This document shows, in pieces, positions 35,855 through 48,843 of a stretch of 64,000 nucleotides of DNA. The position numbers and the translations under genes were made by a program. A model generated the notes under the pieces. That model saw only the letters and a program-made list of their open reading frames with translations, ran no database searches and was not told the DNA's origin. This stretch comes from Gemmatimonadota bacterium (GTDB lineage Bacteria > Gemmatimonadota > Gemmatimonadetes > Palauibacterales > Palauibacteraceae), in NCBI GenBank assembly GCA_029262175.1, contig JAJCZV010000235.1, positions 3,014 through 67,013 on the forward strand, written 5' to 3'. Each line of letters opens with the position of its first letter. The stretch's first letter is position 1.

Positions 35855-37501
35855 ATGAGCATGATCCCGACGACGCGTCGAACCCTTTTGGCCAGCCTCG
35901 CCATGCTGGTCCTGGCCACTCAAGCCTGGGCCCAGATGGAAACGACGACGCCCCGTGGCGCGGACGAGGGCGATGGTCCCTACGACCGCTTGATCCTTCG
36001 CGGAGTAACGATCATCGATGGCACCGGCGCGCCCCCGATGGGGCCCGTGGATATCGTCATCGAGGGCGACCGGATCGTGGGGGTCGAGGGGGTTGGTTTT
36101 CCGGGGATCCCCATCGATGAAGACGGGCGGCCCAAGCTCGCGGTCGAAGAAAACCCTGATGCGAGCGTCCACGAAATGGATCTCTCCGGGCACTTCGTGA
36201 TGCCCGGGTTTATCGACATGCACGCGCACACGGGTGGCGACCCGAAAGCGCCGCAGGCGGAGTACGTCTACAAGCTCTGGATGGGTCACGGCGTAACCAC
36301 CTCGCGAGGTGTCGGACACGGGCCGATGATGTGGGCGCTCGAAGAGAAGGCGAAGGCCGCGCGGAACGAGATCGTTGCCCCGCGGATGTACACCTACGCG
36401 CGGCCGGGTGAGGCCTGGGACGAAGGCGGAATCGACACGCCCGAGAAGGCGCGACAATGGGTCCAGTGGGCGGCCCTCCAAGAAGTGGACGGACAGAAGA
36501 TCGACGGTCTCAAGCTCGGATCCTTCGATCCTCCGATCATGGAAGCGTTGATCGATGAGGCGCACAAGTTCGGTCTCGGCACCGTCGCTCATCTGGGCCA
36601 AATGGGTGTGGGGCGGATGACCGCCCTCGATGCGGCAGAGCTCGGACTCGACATGATGACCCACTACTACGGTCTCTTCGAGTCGATGCTGTCGGACTAC
36701 AGCATTCAGGACTGGCCGCTCGACTACAACTACGGAAACGAGCAACACCGGTTCGGTGGCGTCGCGCGTCTGTGGGACCAGATCGATGGACCCGGGTCGG
36801 ATTCGTGGAACGCGCTGCTGGATCGTTTTCTGGAGCTGGGCTTCGGTCTCGACCCCACGATGACCATCTACGAGGCGAGTCGAGACGCCATGGCCGCGCG
36901 CAACGCAGATTGGCACGATGAGTACACGCTTCCGAGCCAGGAGGAGTACTACCAGCCAAGCCGCGCTGCGCACGGCTCGTATTGGTTCGATTGGACGACC
37001 GAAGATGAGGTCGCCTGGCGAAACTTCTACCACGTCTGGATGCAGTTCTTGAACGAGTACAAGAACCGCGGCGGAATCGTGACCACGGGCTCGGACTCCG
37101 GGTTCATCTACAAGCTGTACGGCTTCGACTACATCAAGGAATTCGAGTTGCTTCGCGAAGCCGGTTTTCACCCCATCGAGGTCATCCGATCCGCGACGAT
37201 GTATGGCGCGCAAGAACTCAGCGACCCCAAGGGCGTGGCCCCCGACTTCGGGATCATCCGAGAAGGCATGAAGGCCGACTTCGTGGTCGTCGACGAGAAT
37301 CCGCTACAGAACCTGAAGGTGCTCTATGGCACCGGCGCGGTAAGACTCAACGATGAGACGGGTGAGACCGACCGCGTTGGCGGGATCAAGTACACGATCA
37401 AAGACGGCATCGTGTACGACGCGAAACAGCTTCTGGCCGACGTTCGTGAGATGGTTCGCCAGGCCAAAGCCGCTATGACGACGGACGACGCAGACAACTA
37501 G
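35855..37501 (+). CDS. Secreted amidohydrolase family protein
   Basis: GGAGG RBS. Signal peptide MSMIPTTRRTLLASLAMLVLATQAWA. The HxH context is PGFIDMHAHTGG. Confidence 0.75.
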   Translation: MSMIPTTRRTLLASLAMLVLATQAWAQMETTTPRGADEGDGPYDRLILRGVTIIDGTGAPPMGPVDIVIEGDRIVGVEGVGFPGIPIDEDGRPKLAVEENPDASVHEMDLSGHFVMPGFIDMHAHTGGDPKAPQAEYVYKLWMGHGVTTSRGVGHGPMMWALEEKAKAARNEIVAPRMYTYARPGEAWDEGGIDTPEKARQWVQWAALQEVDGQKIDGLKLGSFDPPIMEALIDEAHKFGLGTVAHLGQMGVGRMTALDAAELGLDMMTHYYGLFESMLSDYSIQDWPLDYNYGNEQHRFGGVARLWDQIDGPGSDSWNALLDRFLELGFGLDPTMTIYEASRDAMAARNADWHDEYTLPSQEEYYQPSRAAHGSYWFDWTTEDEVAWRNFYHVWMQFLNEYKNRGGIVTTGSDSGFIYKLYGFDYIKEFELLREAGFHPIEVIRSATMYGAQELSDPKGVAPDFGIIREGMKADFVVVDENPLQNLKVLYGTGAVRLNDETGETDRVGGIKYTIKDGIVYDAKQLLADVREMVRQAKAAMTTDDADN

Positions 37502-37509
37502 CCCCGACA

Positions 37510-38496
37510 TTGAAGGCCAACAACGAACGCGCCGGCGCCCGCCGGCGCGTTTCTTTTGGTGGGATGGCAGCGGCGACGGGGTGGGTCATGCTTTTCCTCG
37601 GCGCTGCCAGCGCGATCGGTCAGCGTTGGTGGCCGGCGTCCTTGCTCGTGCATTTCTGGCCGCATCTCGTCGTCATCCTCATCATCACCGGTGCGGCTTC
37701 CCTGCTGACGGGCTCGAGAGTGAGCGCGGCGGCGCACGCGGTCGGGGGCGTGACCTTGATGGCCGCCATCGCCTCGAATCTGGGAGGCGCGCCTTCTGGC
37801 CTGGCCGGCGACGCGGGTGTGGGCGGCGAGCCAGAGGTCCGGGCGCTGTTCGCCAACGTGGGCCGCTGGAACGTCGACCACGACCGTTTGGTCGCGTTGA
37901 TCCGCTGGATCCAGCCCGACATCATCGCCTTGGCCGAGGTCGACGACCCTTGGATAGAATCTCTGGCAACGATCTCGGACGACTATCCACACCGCGTGCT
38001 CGCGACGCGGGAAGACAATTTCGGAACCGCGCTCCTTAGCCGATTTCCGCTCGCCTCAGGCTCGATAGAGTCGATCGGTCGATTGAGGCTCCCCTCCATC
38101 GTCGCGACGGTCGAGACGTCGGGTGGGTCGTGGAGGATCCTGGTCACGCACCCGGTCCCGCCGTTTCACGCATCCGCCTACGGGTCGCGAAACAGTCAGA
38201 TTGCCGGGCTGGCGGCATATGTGGGCGACGATACGATCCCGACGCTCGTCCTCGGGGATCTCAACGCCTCCCCCTGGTCTCCCTACGTCCGAGATCTGAG
38301 AGCGCGGGCGGGTCTGACCTCGGCCGCCACCGGCCTCCGCGCCCTATACACGTGGCCGGTGGGCATCCCGCTCTTCGCACTCGCTCTGGATCATTGTCTT
38401 TACTCCACAGCGGCGGTCGCCGTGGGATATCGTGTGCTTGAGAACATCGGATCGGACCACTACCCCATCCTGTGCGAGCTTTCCCGACGCGAGTAG
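37510..38496 (+). CDS. Endonuclease/exonuclease/phosphatase (EEP) family protein with N-terminal TM helices
   Basis: Two or three N-terminal TM helices, then an EEP domain (...LVLGDLNASPWSPY...GSDHYPILCEL). The true start may be the internal MAAATGW at 37564. Confidence 0.6.
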   Translation: MKANNERAGARRRVSFGGMAAATGWVMLFLGAASAIGQRWWPASLLVHFWPHLVVILIITGAASLLTGSRVSAAAHAVGGVTLMAAIASNLGGAPSGLAGDAGVGGEPEVRALFANVGRWNVDHDRLVALIRWIQPDIIALAEVDDPWIESLATISDDYPHRVLATREDNFGTALLSRFPLASGSIESIGRLRLPSIVATVETSGGSWRILVTHPVPPFHASAYGSRNSQIAGLAAYVGDDTIPTLVLGDLNASPWSPYVRDLRARAGLTSAATGLRALYTWPVGIPLFALALDHCLYSTAAVAVGYRVLENIGSDHYPILCELSRRE

Positions 38497-38522
38497 TGCC
38501 CCCAGAGTAGTGCCCGGGGCCT

Positions 38523-38909
38523 CTACCGGGCTCCGCTCGGCGGGACCATCTCGATCTGACCCGGCGAGCTGCCGTCCGTGCATTCACCGGACAAGGTGCC
38601 GTCCTCGCCACTTGTCAGCGTGCAGGTCACCCCGGCGGGTTCGCCCCACTCGAACGTGAGGGTCTCTCCGTCGAACACCGCGTCCTCCATCTGGAAGGGA
38701 CCGACCCCGACGCTGGCCGGCGGTACGATCGCGATCTCGAGCTCGCTATCGACGTAGCTCACCTCATACGTCACGTCGAGACCGGCGCCGCCAGGCGGGG
38801 TGACGACTCCCGTCCACGTGCCTTCTGCCAACTTCTCCTGTGCCCAAAGCGGGGATGCGAACAGCGCGCAACAAGCGACAGTCGACAACACGAACACGAG
38901 CCTACGCAT
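38523..38909 (-). CDS. Small secreted protein, unknown function
   Basis: Signal peptide MRRLVFVLSTVACCALFASPLWA. No recognisable domain. Confidence 0.4.
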   Translation of the reverse strand: MRRLVFVLSTVACCALFASPLWAQEKLAEGTWTGVVTPPGGAGLDVTYEVSYVDSELEIAIVPPASVGVGPFQMEDAVFDGETLTFEWGEPAGVTCTLTSGEDGTLSGECTDGSSPGQIEMVPPSGAR

Positions 38910-39047
38910 AGGGTGGCCTCCTGGGTGGCAGAGCGGGAATACGAGTTACCACAAGTTGGGGAGGCCGGGCTGGGCGGCGACAGCAGGGGGCCGTGTGGCC
39001 CCGAAGATAGTATCTTAGGAGACTTCGTCGTCTTGGAGGAAACCAAC

Positions 39048-39713
39048 GTGCAAGCTTCAACTCGGATCTGCGTTGCGGGTCGCATCTGCGCCGCGCTCTT
39101 GATCGCCGTCTCCGGCGCTTCGTGCGCCTCTGGCAGCGGCGAATCCACAAGTCGGGTGGTCCAGCCCGGGGCGCCCGGTCAGGCCAGCCGTGTTCTCGCC
39201 GCCAATGAAGCCGCCGACATGGAGCGACCACAACACGGCGCGGCGGACGTTCGCTTTATGCAGGGGATGATTCCGCACCACGCCCAAGCCATTGAAATGT
39301 CGGACCTCGTAGCAAGCCGAACGGATAACGAGAGCATCCGACTGCTCGCGCGCCGCATCGACATCTCACAGAAGGATGAAATCCGGCTCATGGAGCGGTG
39401 GCTCGAGCGGCGCGGGGAGACCGCCCCGGACGCGGCCGATCACATGCACGCCGGTGACGGTGCCCTCATGCCAGGGATGCTTACGGCGGAGGAGATGGCC
39501 CGGCTCGCGGCTGCTCGCGGCGCAGACTTCGACCGCTTGTTCCTCGAGGGGATGATCGCCCACCATCAGGGCGCACTTACGATGGTCGGGGAGTTGTTCT
39601 CGACGGTCGGCGGCGGACAGGAGACCGAGGTGCATCGCTTCGCATCGGATGTCGATGCCGACCAAGACATGGAGATCCAACGCATGCGGAGCATGCTAAA
39701 CGCAGTTCCTTAG
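39048..39713 (+). CDS. DUF305 family (ferritin-like, periplasmic/lipoprotein) protein
   Basis: GTG start after GGAGGA. Signal with Cys (LIAVSGASCAS). Duplicated histidine motifs MIPHHAQAIEMS ... MIAHHQGALTMV are typical of DUF305. Confidence 0.65.
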   Translation: MQASTRICVAGRICAALLIAVSGASCASGSGESTSRVVQPGAPGQASRVLAANEAADMERPQHGAADVRFMQGMIPHHAQAIEMSDLVASRTDNESIRLLARRIDISQKDEIRLMERWLERRGETAPDAADHMHAGDGALMPGMLTAEEMARLAAARGADFDRLFLEGMIAHHQGALTMVGELFSTVGGGQETEVHRFASDVDADQDMEIQRMRSMLNAVP

Positions 39714-39736
39714 GACTCACGAGCGAGAGGGTAAAG

Positions 39737-41590
39737 ATGCGAGGTAGAAAAGAGACTTTGAACGCAGGTTGGCGAGTGCTGGCTTCGGCCTGCCTCCTCG
39801 CCTCGACGATGACGTTGCTTGGCGGACCGCGAGAGGCAACGGCTCAGGCGTCTGAGGAACCACCGCCTCCACCGGCGTGGGAGTGGGACGAGAACGATCC
39901 TCGCATCGGCCTCGGGGCGGGCATCATGGATGCCGAGACCGCGATCTCGAACATGGATCGTCTCGTGAGTCTTCCCAAACCTGAGGCGTTTCTGACGTCC
40001 GAGGCCGGGGGACGCGGGCCGACCAACTCCGATTTGACGTTCCGTGGCGACTACGTTTTTCAGGGGAGCTATTGGGGCTTCCAGGTATACGATGCCTCGA
40101 ACCCGAGCGCCCCGGAGTTGGTTGTCGGAGTCGTGTGCCCCGGCGGTCAGGGGGACCTGTCCGTACACGGCGACCTCTTGTTCATGTCGGTCGAGCAGAC
40201 TGCGGGTCGGCTCGATTGTGGGACGGCGGGCGTACAAGACACGGTCAGTACCGAACGACTCCGTGGCGTGCGCATCTTCGATATTTCCGACATGCAGAAC
40301 CCGCGGCAAGTAAAGACGATTCAAACGTGCCGCGGCTCGCACACCCATACGCTCGTGACCGACCCGACGGATGACTCTCACGTCTACGTCTACGTGTCGG
40401 GGACCGGACGAGTTCGATCTCCCAACGAGCTGGCGGGCTGCTCGGGTCTTGACCCGGATGAGGATCAGAACACGTCGTTGTTCCGCATCGAGATCATCGA
40501 GGTGCCTTTGGCCAACCCCGAGAACGCACGGATCGTGAACATGCCGCGAATCTTTGCTGACGAAGAGACGGGCGATGTCGCGGGTCTCTGGCAGGGTGGC
40601 GACCACGGAGAAGGAACCCAGGATTCGCGACGCACCAATCAATGTCACGACATCACCGTGCGCGCAGACCTCGGTCTTGCGGCCGGAGCGTGTTCAGGGA
40701 ACGGGATTCTCCTCGACATCTCCGATCCGGTGAACCCGGTGCGAATCGACCAGGTGACCGATCCCAACTTCGCCTACTGGCATTCGGCGACATTCAACAA
40801 CGATGGGACCGCCGTCATCTTCACCGATGAGTGGGGCGGCGGCGGTGCGCCGCGCTGCCGCGGATCGGATCCGGAGACGTGGGGTGCCGACGCCATTTTC
40901 CGCATCCGCGATCGGAAGCTCGAACTGGCAGGCTATTACAAGCTCCCCGTGCCGCAGACGGAGCAAGAAAACTGTGTCGCGCACAATGGTTCTCTGATCC
41001 CGGTCCCGGGTCGAGACATCATGGTCCAGGCGTGGTATCAGGGCGGACTGTCGATCTTCGATTTCACCGACCCGGCGAACCCGTTCGAGATCGCCTATTT
41101 CGACCGTGGTCCGCTCGACGAAGTCGAGATGTTGAGCGGCGGATACTGGTCGACGTATTGGCACAATGGCGCGATCTACGGCGCGGAGATGGCGCGTGGA
41201 GTGGATGTGTTCAAGCTCACGCCGAGCGAACACCTTTCTCAGGCGGAAATCGACGCAGCCAACTCGGTACGACGCGGCAAGTTCAACGTGCAGGATCAGC
41301 CTCGCCTGCGTTGGCCAGCGAGCTTTGCCCTTGCTCGATCGTATCTGATCCAACTCCAGCGCAACGACGCCATCGGCGATCAGTCGGCCAGCAGCCTGGA
41401 AGCACTGTTGGGTCGTGCCGAAGTTCTCGCGCCGGGCGCGGAGCGGAACTCCGTCTTGGATGAGCTCGAGGCGATGGCCGCAACGCTACAGGAGGAATCT
41501 CGGGGGACCGGAACGACCCGTCCCCGCGATCCGCGCCGAACGCGACTCTTGGCCGGAGCCATTAGCGACCTGGCGCGCTCGCTACGATAG
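39737..41590 (+). CDS. Secreted LVIVD-repeat beta-propeller protein
   Basis: Signal peptide. Repeated L(V/I)(I/V)xD-type strands (GDLLFMSVEQ, HVYVYVSG, NGILLDISDP, AIFRIRD). Confidence 0.6.
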   Translation: MRGRKETLNAGWRVLASACLLASTMTLLGGPREATAQASEEPPPPPAWEWDENDPRIGLGAGIMDAETAISNMDRLVSLPKPEAFLTSEAGGRGPTNSDLTFRGDYVFQGSYWGFQVYDASNPSAPELVVGVVCPGGQGDLSVHGDLLFMSVEQTAGRLDCGTAGVQDTVSTERLRGVRIFDISDMQNPRQVKTIQTCRGSHTHTLVTDPTDDSHVYVYVSGTGRVRSPNELAGCSGLDPDEDQNTSLFRIEIIEVPLANPENARIVNMPRIFADEETGDVAGLWQGGDHGEGTQDSRRTNQCHDITVRADLGLAAGACSGNGILLDISDPVNPVRIDQVTDPNFAYWHSATFNNDGTAVIFTDEWGGGGAPRCRGSDPETWGADAIFRIRDRKLELAGYYKLPVPQTEQENCVAHNGSLIPVPGRDIMVQAWYQGGLSIFDFTDPANPFEIAYFDRGPLDEVEMLSGGYWSTYWHNGAIYGAEMARGVDVFKLTPSEHLSQAEIDAANSVRRGKFNVQDQPRLRWPASFALARSYLIQLQRNDAIGDQSASSLEALLGRAEVLAPGAERNSVLDELEAMAATLQEESRGTGTTRPRDPRRTRLLAGAISDLARSLR

Positions 41591-41654
41591 CACCGGGGAC
41601 CATGGGCCAGCCGTCACCTCGAGTGACGGCTGGCCGCCCTGAAGACGGAGGTGC

Positions 41655-43886
41655 GTGATGCAGGACGAGCGGCACCTGGGTCTTTTTGGGGCTACGGCGA
41701 TCGGCGTAGGTGCGATCGTCGGCGGCGGCGTCCTCGCCTTAGCCGGCGTCGCGTTCGCGACGACCGGTCCCAGCGCCATCCTCGCGTTCGCTCTCAACGG
41801 CGGCATCGCGCTTCTCACCGCCATCAGCTTTGCCAGTCTCGCTCGACGATTCCCGGAATCGGGCGGCACTTACACATACGCAAAGAAAGTCCTCTCGATC
41901 GAAGTGGCGTTTGTGGTCGGGTGGGTGGTTTGGTTTGCGTCGATCGTGGCGGGCGTGTTGTACGCGCTTGGTTTTTCCGCCTTCATGGTCGAGGGGATCG
42001 AGCGGGCCTTGGCTGTGGGCGGGTTCTCGATCGACTGGCTGGACACGACCGTGATGCGTGCCGGCTTGGCCTTCTTGGCGGTCGGCTTTTACACCGTCAT
42101 GCTGGTTCGACGGTCAGCGGGAGGCGGCAATGCGGCGACCATCGGCAAGGTCATCGTTTTCGCGCTTCTGCTCCTCGGCGGTGCCTGGGCTTGGCTGGGA
42201 CCGTCGCCGTCGGAGGTCATGGGCCGGCTTACGCCGTTCTTTTCCAGGGGCCCCATCGGCCTCGTCCAGTCGATGGGTTACACGTTCATAGCGCTACAGG
42301 GCTTCGACCTCATCGCAGCCGTGGGCGGGGAAGTTCGCGACCCTTCCCGAAACATCCCCAGGGCGATGTACCTCTCTTTGGCGATCGCACTGGTCATCTA
42401 TCTACCGCTTCTCTTTTTCATGGCGACGGTGGGCGCACCTGCGGAGGGTCTTACAGCGACCGCCCAGGAGAATCCGGAGAGCTTGGTCGCTGCGGCCGCT
42501 GGCCGCTTCATGGGCCCGGTCGGCTACTGGCTGGTCATCGGAGCCGGGATCCTGTCGATGCTCTCCGCCCTACAGGCGAACCTCTACGGCGCGTCACGGG
42601 TCGCTTTCGCCATGGCCCGCGATCGCACGCTTCCCCGCAAGCTCGGCCAAATGCGGGGAGCCAGCGGGACGCCAGCAGTCGCCATCTTGGTGACAGGCGC
42701 GATGATCGCAACGATCGCGGTGGCGGTCGGAGACGTCGCGGCTGCGGGCGCCGCGTCGAGTCTCATCTTCTTGATTTCGTTCGCGATGGTTCATTGGTCG
42801 GCAGGCTTGGCCACCCGTCGCTCGGGTGGAGAACGCCTGCCTGTCGTTCCCATCGTGGGCGCCGCGCTGTGCCTCGGCCTGGCCGTCTTTCAGGCCTTTG
42901 CGGTTCGAGAGGCCGGAGTGGTCGCCGTTTCGTGGCTGGGCATCGGCGTCGTGCTGTATCTGACGTTGCTCGCGCCTGGGGCTCAACTCGCGGATGTGAG
43001 CGCGGAGGCTCGGGACCCCAACCTCGCGCGTCTTCGAGGACGAAGCCCGCTCGTCCTCGTCCCGATCGCGAATCCGGACAGTGCGGCGAGCCTCGTCGAT
43101 GTGGCGGCCACCGTTCGCACGCCGGGGGCCGGACGGATCCTCCTGCTTTCGGTCGTGCGCACGCCCAGCGACCCGCTGCAGCTCGAAGAACTGTTGTTGC
43201 CGGATGCTCAGAAGATCCTCGGCGAGTCCTTGCAGCGCAGTCTCGAGAGCTCTCTCATCGCCGAGACCTTGTTTACGATCGCGACCGATGTGTGGGGAGA
43301 GATCGCTCGCGTGGCCCAGGGGCACGGGTGTGAAACCGTGCTGCTCGGATTCCCAAAACTGACGACCCCCGGCCTCGAGGCGAAGCTCGAGAGCCTGGTC
43401 GCGTCGGTGGATGCCGACGCGGTCGTGGTGAGCGCACCTCCACGTTGGCGGATGTCGGAAGCCAAGCACGTCCTGGTTCCGCTCGGGGGGCGACGCGACC
43501 AGAGCCGACTACGCGCTCGCCTTTTGTCGAGCCTGTCCCGTTCACAGGAGCGGTCGGTCACGTTTCTTCGCACACTGCCAACGGCAACGGCACCGGAGAC
43601 CCGAGTACGACTCGAACGCTTCGCCCACGATCTCGCGCGCGACGAGGCAGCCGGCCCGTACAACGTCGAGATCGTCTACACCGACGAAGCCGAGAAGACG
43701 ATCATCGAGCACGCCTCCAGAGCGGACTTGGTGGTGATGGGAATGAGGGGACGCAACCAAGGGAAACCCGGTCTAGGCGGACTATCCAAGGCCATCGCGC
43801 GCGAAACTGACGTCCCCCTGATCCTGATCGGACGCCGACCTACCCGCACGCTCAGCATGCCGACCCTGACATTCCGCGGACGATAG
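41655..43886 (+). CDS. APC-family amino acid/polyamine permease fused to C-terminal tandem universal-stress-protein (UspA) domains
   Basis: Twelve TM helices in the APC layout (GATAIGVGAIVGGGVLALAG...). The ~300 aa C-terminus carries two Usp-like alpha/beta domains (…VLVPIANPDSAASL… / …HVLVPLGGRRDQ…VVMGMRGR). Confidence 0.75.
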   Translation: MMQDERHLGLFGATAIGVGAIVGGGVLALAGVAFATTGPSAILAFALNGGIALLTAISFASLARRFPESGGTYTYAKKVLSIEVAFVVGWVVWFASIVAGVLYALGFSAFMVEGIERALAVGGFSIDWLDTTVMRAGLAFLAVGFYTVMLVRRSAGGGNAATIGKVIVFALLLLGGAWAWLGPSPSEVMGRLTPFFSRGPIGLVQSMGYTFIALQGFDLIAAVGGEVRDPSRNIPRAMYLSLAIALVIYLPLLFFMATVGAPAEGLTATAQENPESLVAAAAGRFMGPVGYWLVIGAGILSMLSALQANLYGASRVAFAMARDRTLPRKLGQMRGASGTPAVAILVTGAMIATIAVAVGDVAAAGAASSLIFLISFAMVHWSAGLATRRSGGERLPVVPIVGAALCLGLAVFQAFAVREAGVVAVSWLGIGVVLYLTLLAPGAQLADVSAEARDPNLARLRGRSPLVLVPIANPDSAASLVDVAATVRTPGAGRILLLSVVRTPSDPLQLEELLLPDAQKILGESLQRSLESSLIAETLFTIATDVWGEIARVAQGHGCETVLLGFPKLTTPGLEAKLESLVASVDADAVVVSAPPRWRMSEAKHVLVPLGGRRDQSRLRARLLSSLSRSQERSVTFLRTLPTATAPETRVRLERFAHDLARDEAAGPYNVEIVYTDEAEKTIIEHASRADLVVMGMRGRNQGKPGLGGLSKAIARETDVPLILIGRRPTRTLSMPTLTFRGR

Positions 43887-44002
43887 CTAGCGACCCAGCG
43901 AATCGCGCGGTCCGGGTGTTCTCCGGTAGCGTTGCCCCGTTGAGGAGACCGTTCTGAGTCGACCGACGTTCGGCGAAATCCCATTGCGACAGAGGAAAAC
44001 CT

Positions 44003-46930
<2,928 letters not shown>

Positions 46931-47017
46931 CCATCGGTGGCCGGTTGCCTGGCGGGGAACCTCGGATCGGCGCGCGGTTACCTCGAAGGACACGACCGTT
47001 GTAAGAAGGATGCGACA

Positions 47018-47464
47018 ATGACAAGCCACGAAGTCGCCGAAGGGACGCTCCCGGGCGCATCCGCGCTCGGGGAGTTTCTGTATCCGATGCCGGCGGAGAG
47101 ACGCGCGGTCCCGATCATTCGCTGGTGGGAATCTCGCCGAGTTCATTTCAACCTCGTTCTCGGCGGGTCGGGCGCCGTGTCGCTTGGCGTGATCGCCCTT
47201 TTTCAGTCGCTTCCGCCGTTCGCCGAGAGCTTCGCGTTCCCGCTGTTCGGAATCGGCATGTACACGCTACTCGCGAACTTCTGTTATAGCCTTGGGCCGG
47301 CGACCGAAATCCTGCTCGAAAAGATGGGGCGTGGACGGCTGCTTCCGACGGGGCCGCTGCTGTTCCGGGCAGGCCTGACGTTCACCATCGGATTGACGTT
47401 GGTGCTACCCGCCATTCTCATGACGATGGAATACGTGTTCCGCATCCTCAACTGGATCTCGTAG
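47018..47464 (+). CDS. Small integral membrane protein, unknown function
   Basis: AAGGA RBS. Three or four predicted TM helices. No recognisable domain. Confidence 0.4.
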   Translation: MTSHEVAEGTLPGASALGEFLYPMPAERRAVPIIRWWESRRVHFNLVLGGSGAVSLGVIALFQSLPPFAESFAFPLFGIGMYTLLANFCYSLGPATEILLEKMGRGRLLPTGPLLFRAGLTFTIGLTLVLPAILMTMEYVFRILNWIS

Positions 47465-47503
47465 CGTCGAACGCGGATCTCTCTTGGCGTCGGACGCGGA
47501 CCG

Positions 47504-48748
47504 CTAGTCCGTCGTGATCGAGTGGGGGCCGATGTCGCTCAAGGCGGGAGTGCCGACCGCACGCATCGTGAGCGCGAGTTCGTCGGTCAGGATCTCGAGC
47601 GCACGTTCCACGCCTTCTTGACCAAACGCGCCGAGCCCCCAAAGATAAGGGCGCCCGATCGCCACGGCTGTGGCACCGCGCGCGATCCCTTTGAAGAGGT
47701 CGCTTCCGCGGCGAAAACCACTGTCGACGATGATCGGGATCCGACCCGACACCGCGTCAGCGATCTCCGGCAACGCGTCGATGGTCGCGCGACCGTCTCC
47801 CTCGGCCCGTCCACCGTGGTTCGAGACCCAGACCGCGTCGATGCCGTGTTGAACCGCGAGCGCCGCGTCTTCCCGTGTGACGATTCCTTTGACGATGATC
47901 TTCTGGTCGGTGATGTCGCGCAGACGTTGGATGTATTCCCACGTCATGGTGCGGCCGCCACTGTCCGCAGCGCCTTGGGGAAGGCCGCGAAGCATGGGTT
48001 TCACCGGATCGGCTCGTCCACCGCTCCGATGGCAGGTGTCGCAATTCCGATCATCGATCCGGGCGTACCGTTCCACGGTGAGGCGGTTGCTCCCGCCATT
48101 GAGGTCGACGGTCAGCACGATGACCGGGCAACCGGCGGCTCGCACTCGGTTCACCAGCGCCACGTTGGCCTCCCAGTTTTGCGGCGCATAGAGCTGATAC
48201 CAGACCGGCTCGCCTCGAGCCTCGTTCACCTCTTCGACGGCGGTCGAGCTGACGGTGGAAAGTGTCTGGAGATGCGTGCGCGCGGCTGCGGCGCGCGCGG
48301 TCGCGAGTTCGCCATCGGGGTGAAACGCCTTCTGACTCCCGGCCGGAGCAACCATCAGCGGCGTCGGCCATTCGCGACCGAACAGATTGACCCGCATGTC
48401 GATGTTGGAGACATCGATCAACCGTCGGGCCCGCAGGTTGATCCGTTCGAGCCCGGCTCGATTGTTCGCCTGGGTCTCTTCCCCGTCGACGCCCGTCTTG
48501 ATATAGCCCCAATGAGCCGTCGGGACCGTAGCCGCCGCGACCTTTTCCAGATCGAATACGTCGAGCGCTTCTTGAGCCGAGGCCACGATCGCGTCGAGTG
48601 CACGCTTCGGAGGTTCCTGAGCGATCAACTCCTCGAGCAGCCCGCCATCCCACGTACCGAGGGCGCCGAGCAGCGGTGTGGCCGCGAGCCAGCGAAGGAA
48701 TTCCCTGCGTTGCACATCCCGCACGTCCGGTCGATCCCGCATGCTCAA
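47504..48748 (-). CDS. TAT-exported FMN-dependent alpha-hydroxy acid dehydrogenase/oxidase (LldD/glycolate oxidase family)
   Basis: TAT signal RREFLRWLAATPLLGALG. FMN_dh motifs include VSNHGGR and the TIM-barrel pattern. Confidence 0.75.
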   Translation of the reverse strand: MSMRDRPDVRDVQRREFLRWLAATPLLGALGTWDGGLLEELIAQEPPKRALDAIVASAQEALDVFDLEKVAAATVPTAHWGYIKTGVDGEETQANNRAGLERINLRARRLIDVSNIDMRVNLFGREWPTPLMVAPAGSQKAFHPDGELATARAAAARTHLQTLSTVSSTAVEEVNEARGEPVWYQLYAPQNWEANVALVNRVRAAGCPVIVLTVDLNGGSNRLTVERYARIDDRNCDTCHRSGGRADPVKPMLRGLPQGAADSGGRTMTWEYIQRLRDITDQKIIVKGIVTREDAALAVQHGIDAVWVSNHGGRAEGDGRATIDALPEIADAVSGRIPIIVDSGFRRGSDLFKGIARGATAVAIGRPYLWGLGAFGQEGVERALEILTDELALTMRAVGTPALSDIGPHSITTD

Positions 48749-48843
48749 CTCCTAACGAGAGGATTCGCAGCCAGGGTGCACTCACCGAGTCCGTGCGTCA
48801 AACGCGAGGCAGGCGTCGCCCCGCCATCGCCCCGACGAATCTC

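Noticed and set aside
38496-38523. Direct repeat TAGTGCCC x2 between convergent genes
   Set aside because: It is too short and unstructured to interpret, and is probably chance.
41651-43333. 560-aa ORF in an alternate frame inside the APC permease gene
   Set aside because: It is extremely Arg/Gly-rich, has no TM helices or domains, and is fully contained within the strongly supported permease-Usp gene in another frame.
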